A stretch of 64,000 bases of DNA from the human T2T-CHM13v2.0 reference genome, Homo sapiens, in the NCBI RefSeq assembly GCF_009914755.1, contig NC_060936.1; one strand, given 5' to 3'. Below, piece by piece: positions 59,660 to 64,000 of the stretch. Both the position numbers and the translations under genes were made by a program. Every line of letters starts with the position of its first letter. Position 1 is the first letter of the stretch. Under the pieces are notes generated by a model. It was given only the letters and a program-made list of their open reading frames with translations, did no database searches and had not been told where the DNA came from.

Positions 59660-60960
59660 GAGATTCTCACATAAACAATCACCTGAATTTACATTAAAGT
59701 GATACTGCAATAAGAAAAGTTATCCTTTGAATAAATGGTGCTGGGTTAATTACTAAATATTAAGAAAATATATTTGTAAGACATGTAACTGACAAAGGTC
59801 CTGTATATAAAGTATACTTAAAAATTCGTATAAACCAATAAAAAAGACAGAAAACCCAATAGAAAAAAGAAGAAAAACAGACTTGGGTAGTTAATTCACA
59901 AAAGAGAGTATCTAAATATAAACATACAATAAACATACGATGAATAATAAACACACAGAAAGGTGTTCAACTTAGTCATCAGAGAAATGCAAAATAAAAC
60001 CAAGAGACCACTATCAACTTGCTAGAAAACTTAAAATAATAATTTTTAAAAGACATTATCAAAAGTTGGCAAGGAGAACAACCAGAACTATTATATGCTA
60101 GTGATATACGTATAAGTTGGTACAACCACTCTGGAAAGCTGTTGACAGTATCTAGGGAAGCAGAATATAATGCAACAATTCCACTCCTAGGTAAGCACTC
60201 AACAGAAATGCTTACATGTTAACCAAAAAACATGCACAGGAATGGTGATAGAAGCATTATTTGGTAATAGCCAAAAACCGAAAACAACCAGAATGCCCAT
60301 CGATAGGAGAATGGATGAAGTACAGTACACTCATAAATGGAATACCATGCAACAATGAAAACGAATTATCTATAATTACATGCAAAAATAGGGCTGAAAC
60401 TCACAAACATAACACTGAACAAAAGAAGCTAACAACAAAAATAATACATACTGTATAACTTCCATACATACTGGGATACATATTGTGCAATATATATATA
60501 CAAACTTTGTATAAGTATATAATTCTGTATATCTACATAAAATATATTTTAATATAATTACATATTCATAATTACACAAAGCTCAGACGTTTTAATAAGG
60601 ATAATCAGAAAGAGAATATTACACATTTAAAAAACAAATAAGAATATATGTGAATGGGATTTTAGAAGATCCAGATACCAAAACATACTATAAAAACAGT
60701 ATGATCAGAACAATGTCACACATATGGGTAAAACTAATCTTTAGCATCAGAAGGCAGAGAGTATGGCTACAGTTGAGGAAGTGAGGAATACTAAGTAAAG
60801 AGAAAGGGAACAGAAGGGGGTTTCTGGGATTTCTGAAATTTTCTTTTACTGATCCAGGTACTGGTTACACAGGTATATTAACATTTCAAAAGTTCGTTGA
60901 GCTGTACAATTATGGTTTGTGTACTTCTCTGTATATCTAGTATATATTAATACATGTTTA
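59660..60960 (+). mobile_element. Old L1ME-like 3' region
   Basis: aataaatggtgctggg, gtcatcagagaaatgcaaaataaaacc, caattccactcctagg, ggtactggttacacagg. Confidence 0.8.
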
Positions 60961-61266
60961 TTTATCCAGCACATATCTAGTGTATCTATATATCTAGTAT
61001 GTATTTATCTACCTAGCATGTATTAATAACATTTACCAAAAATAAAATATACCTTAAATCCTATTCCAATATGCATCCTATTGAATGCATCTTAAGGACT
61101 CCAATAAACCTTTAAGAATGGAAAATAATAAAAATCGAGAAGGCAATATAATAAAATTTAGCTATTCTAAAGTCAAGTATAAAAATTAATTTAAAATGTT
61201 TACACCCAGAAGCAGCAAACAAGCAGATCTGATTGATGGTGGAGGTATAGGAGACCAAAAACTTAC

Positions 61267-61392
61267 TAAGGAAGCTCTACGAGACCTTCGACTCATTGGT
61301 TGGTCAAATGGTGGACTGTTTATCTGCAACTTTTCAAGATATCCATCAGGTATTCTGATGTCTGCAGGCAGTGATAACCGCTTATTTAAATC
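61267..61392 (-). CDS. CDK17: CDK17 exon 5
   Basis: 126 nt, phase 0/0; [42 protein letters not shown]; donor gtaagt. Confidence 0.97.
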
Positions 61393-62256
61393 CTTAAAAA
61401 AAAAAAAAGGTAATCCAAAATAGTAAAGGCAAGGCATTTGGCTTTTGTATTCACAGGCTCTAACATATTATTTCTTAGTGATAAGTAATTGTAAAGTTTT
61501 ATTGCAGTTGCAAAGTTACCTACATTGATTATATGTAATATACTCATGGCAAAAACATTTACTGTAAGCAAAAGTATACAGCGAAGTGTTACAGAAATGA
61601 AATTTTGCAACCTCAGTAATTTTTGAGTCCTTTCACTGGTAAATTCAACTTGAAATTTACTTTAAATTTATTATACCATATAGTAACATTAGGCAAACAC
61701 TACCACAAACTCTGTGATCAGTTTAAATAACTAACCAAGTAGACATTATATGATCTTGTATGCAACATGGGGAAAGAGAATTGTATTTATTACTGCCATG
61801 TTAATGGCATTTCTACTTTATTTAATTATACAATGTGAGCTGGGATAAACTTGAAAAGAATCTTGCCTATATCATTGTATCAAGAAATTTAAGCCCTATA
61901 AAAAGAAATTCCTCCCATTCATAACAGCAGCCAAACCATGAAACGGAATGGAGAGGTATAGGAACTGCATAAATATTTACTGAGAAATATAAGACTTAAG
62001 TATAAAAACATACAATGCCACCAAATGGTAAGAATAAGTAAGGAGAAGATACTGGTCCTCCCTATATTAATTTTATAAGTTATATAACCACTAAGAAATC
62101 ACAATAAGCTTATTCTTAGAACAAAATAAAATGCCTAAAATGTATCAATAGAATAAACAGAAAAAATCCAAAAACATTCTAAAATAAGAAAGAGTATATG
62201 TGTATATGGGGGAGGGATACAGAAAGAAGTCTTTCCAGATATTAAAATATACTACA

Positions 62257-62508
62257 GGTCAGGCGCAGTGGCTCAAGCCTGTAATCCTAGCACTTTGGGA
62301 AGCCAATATGGTGAAACCCTGTCTCTACAAAAAATACAAAAAAATTAGCCGGGCATGGTGGTGTGTGCCTGTAATCCCAGCTACTTGGGGCTAAGGCAGG
62401 AGGATCACTTGAGCCCAGGAGGTTGAGGCTGTGGTGAGCTGAGATCCCACCACTGTACTCCAGTCTGGGTGACAGAGTGAGGCCCTGTCTCATAAACCAG
62501 AAAAAAAT
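62257..62508 (+). mobile_element. AluJ with left-arm deletion
   Basis: ctttgggaag joins directly to ccaatatggtgaaaccc. Confidence 0.9.
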
Positions 62509-63535
62509 ATATACTATAAAAAGAATATAATCTAGAGCATGCCTCCTTGGTGGTGGGGAAACAAATTATAGCTCAACGAAGAATGAGAAACTCCAGATAC
62601 AGACCCTAATACTAAATAAAACAAATGATTTTAAAAAATCATCTATAAGGTGAAGAAAAATAAGAAATATTTTCATTAGTATTGTGTCACATAAATATAT
62701 CGTTGATTTCAACAAGTGAAAATGTTAATTTATCATTTAGAAAACTGATAAGATTTCCTTAACTGATTAAGAAGAATCCTTTTATAATGAAAATATAATC
62801 AACCAATAGGAGAGATACCTTAATCATCATCTCAACAGCACCAAAAAAGCAACAATACTTTCATTTCAAAACATGTTCAATTTTTTTTTGCAGAAACCTA
62901 TTTTAGTTTACAGTACGTACTGAAATAACAGTCACGATCAACTTATGTCCTCAAGGTTATACCACAACACTTACAAAGAAAAGAAAATGAATTCTTCATC
63001 CTTTTACACGGAGAAATAAATGTGCTTCAGAGATCAGTAGGTACAGTGAACCACAAAGGAAAGGACACCCACTTTTATAATATAATGCAAGAAAAAAAAG
63101 CTGTTTATTTATACCTCTTAAAATTTGAAACAGAGAAAATAAAATGCTAATTATCCAGATGAATCTCAAAAATATCATTAAAATCGTATTTTCTAAAAAG
63201 AAGACATTGCTAATGTATCATTCTGTATTTCCAGAATTTTTGAAAATTCACTTCTCCTTAATGGATAACCTAAAATAACGTTTCGCAAAAAATTAAAATA
63301 AAATGTTTCACAGAATGCGAACAACTATATTACATATCTACATTGGGATAAAAATTAAAAAAGAGGAAATATTCACAGACTGCAATTTATGAATGCAAAG
63401 AAGTAACTTTCTTACAAGTGTCACGTGTCTTCATGAAAATTTTTAAATGGGCATTTACTCCACTTGATATGTATGTGTATTAACATATACCAACACACAT
63501 ATTCACAAGTATATTTGTATTTTTTAAATGATTAC

Positions 63536-63669
63536 CTCCATTGAGATCCGTCTATGTATACGATTTCTGAGACAAACACCTGTAGGTGACTGGACTTCAT
63601 CAGATGATGTCCCAGAAGCTTGGTCACTCTCACCATCTGATCCCATTTTTAGATTTTCATGAACAATAT
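63536..63669 (-). CDS. CDK17: CDK17 exon 4
   Basis: 134 nt, ag|AT...GAG|gtaatc; (D)[44 protein letters not shown]. Confidence 0.97.
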
Positions 63670-64000
63670 CTATATCAAAAAATGAGACATTAAAAGAGAT
63701 ACATTATATTCTAATATATAATTTATTATCACTATGGGTAAAATATAGAAGGCCAACGAGTAAAAATCACAGCATAAAAAGTCATTTACATTCTGGGTGC
63801 CACAGGTATGCAGTTAATAGATGAAAACATGACTCAAATGTCTTAAAATAGTATGAAATCTTTTTACACTTTCAAATTATGAAAAAAATTAACATTCAAG
63901 TTATTATCAAGGGTTGAGTAATAAAATTATAAACTGGAAATAATATCTCTGAGAATGAGCCAGTTCTTTCATTTTCTAGATCTGGGAACTGAGACTTGAA

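Noticed and set aside
60925-61030. Repeated tatctag units
   Set aside because: Degenerate low-complexity sequence at an L1 tail

Overview
Primate (most likely human) genomic DNA, AT-rich and dense in Alu, L1, L2, MIR and DNA-transposon fossils. It holds the 3' ends of two convergent genes. On the + strand are the last two coding exons and the ~2.7 kb 3'UTR of ELK3 (ETS ternary complex factor). On the - strand are 14 coding exons of CDK17 (PCTAIRE-2 kinase), all GT-AG and phase-consistent, giving 1289 coding nt, plus a ~2 kb 3'UTR. Exon numbers (ELK3 4-5, CDK17 4-17) are from my recollection of the gene structures. About 8.4 kb separates the two 3' ends, half of it an old L1. A full-length U4 snRNA pseudogene lies in a CDK17 intron. 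Almost all entries in the ORF track are repeat-derived or chance ORFs. I found no convincing previously undescribed gene or system. The best leads are RNA-processing features seen in the sequence: a duplicated 5' splice site in CDK17 exon 13 that would give an immediate stop, an equal-length alternative C-terminus in the last intron, inverted Alu pairs around exons, and tandem ELK3 poly(A) signals that partition miRNA seed sites. A few small duplication and retro-insertion scars are also noted. Repeat boundaries and subfamily names are by-eye approximations.
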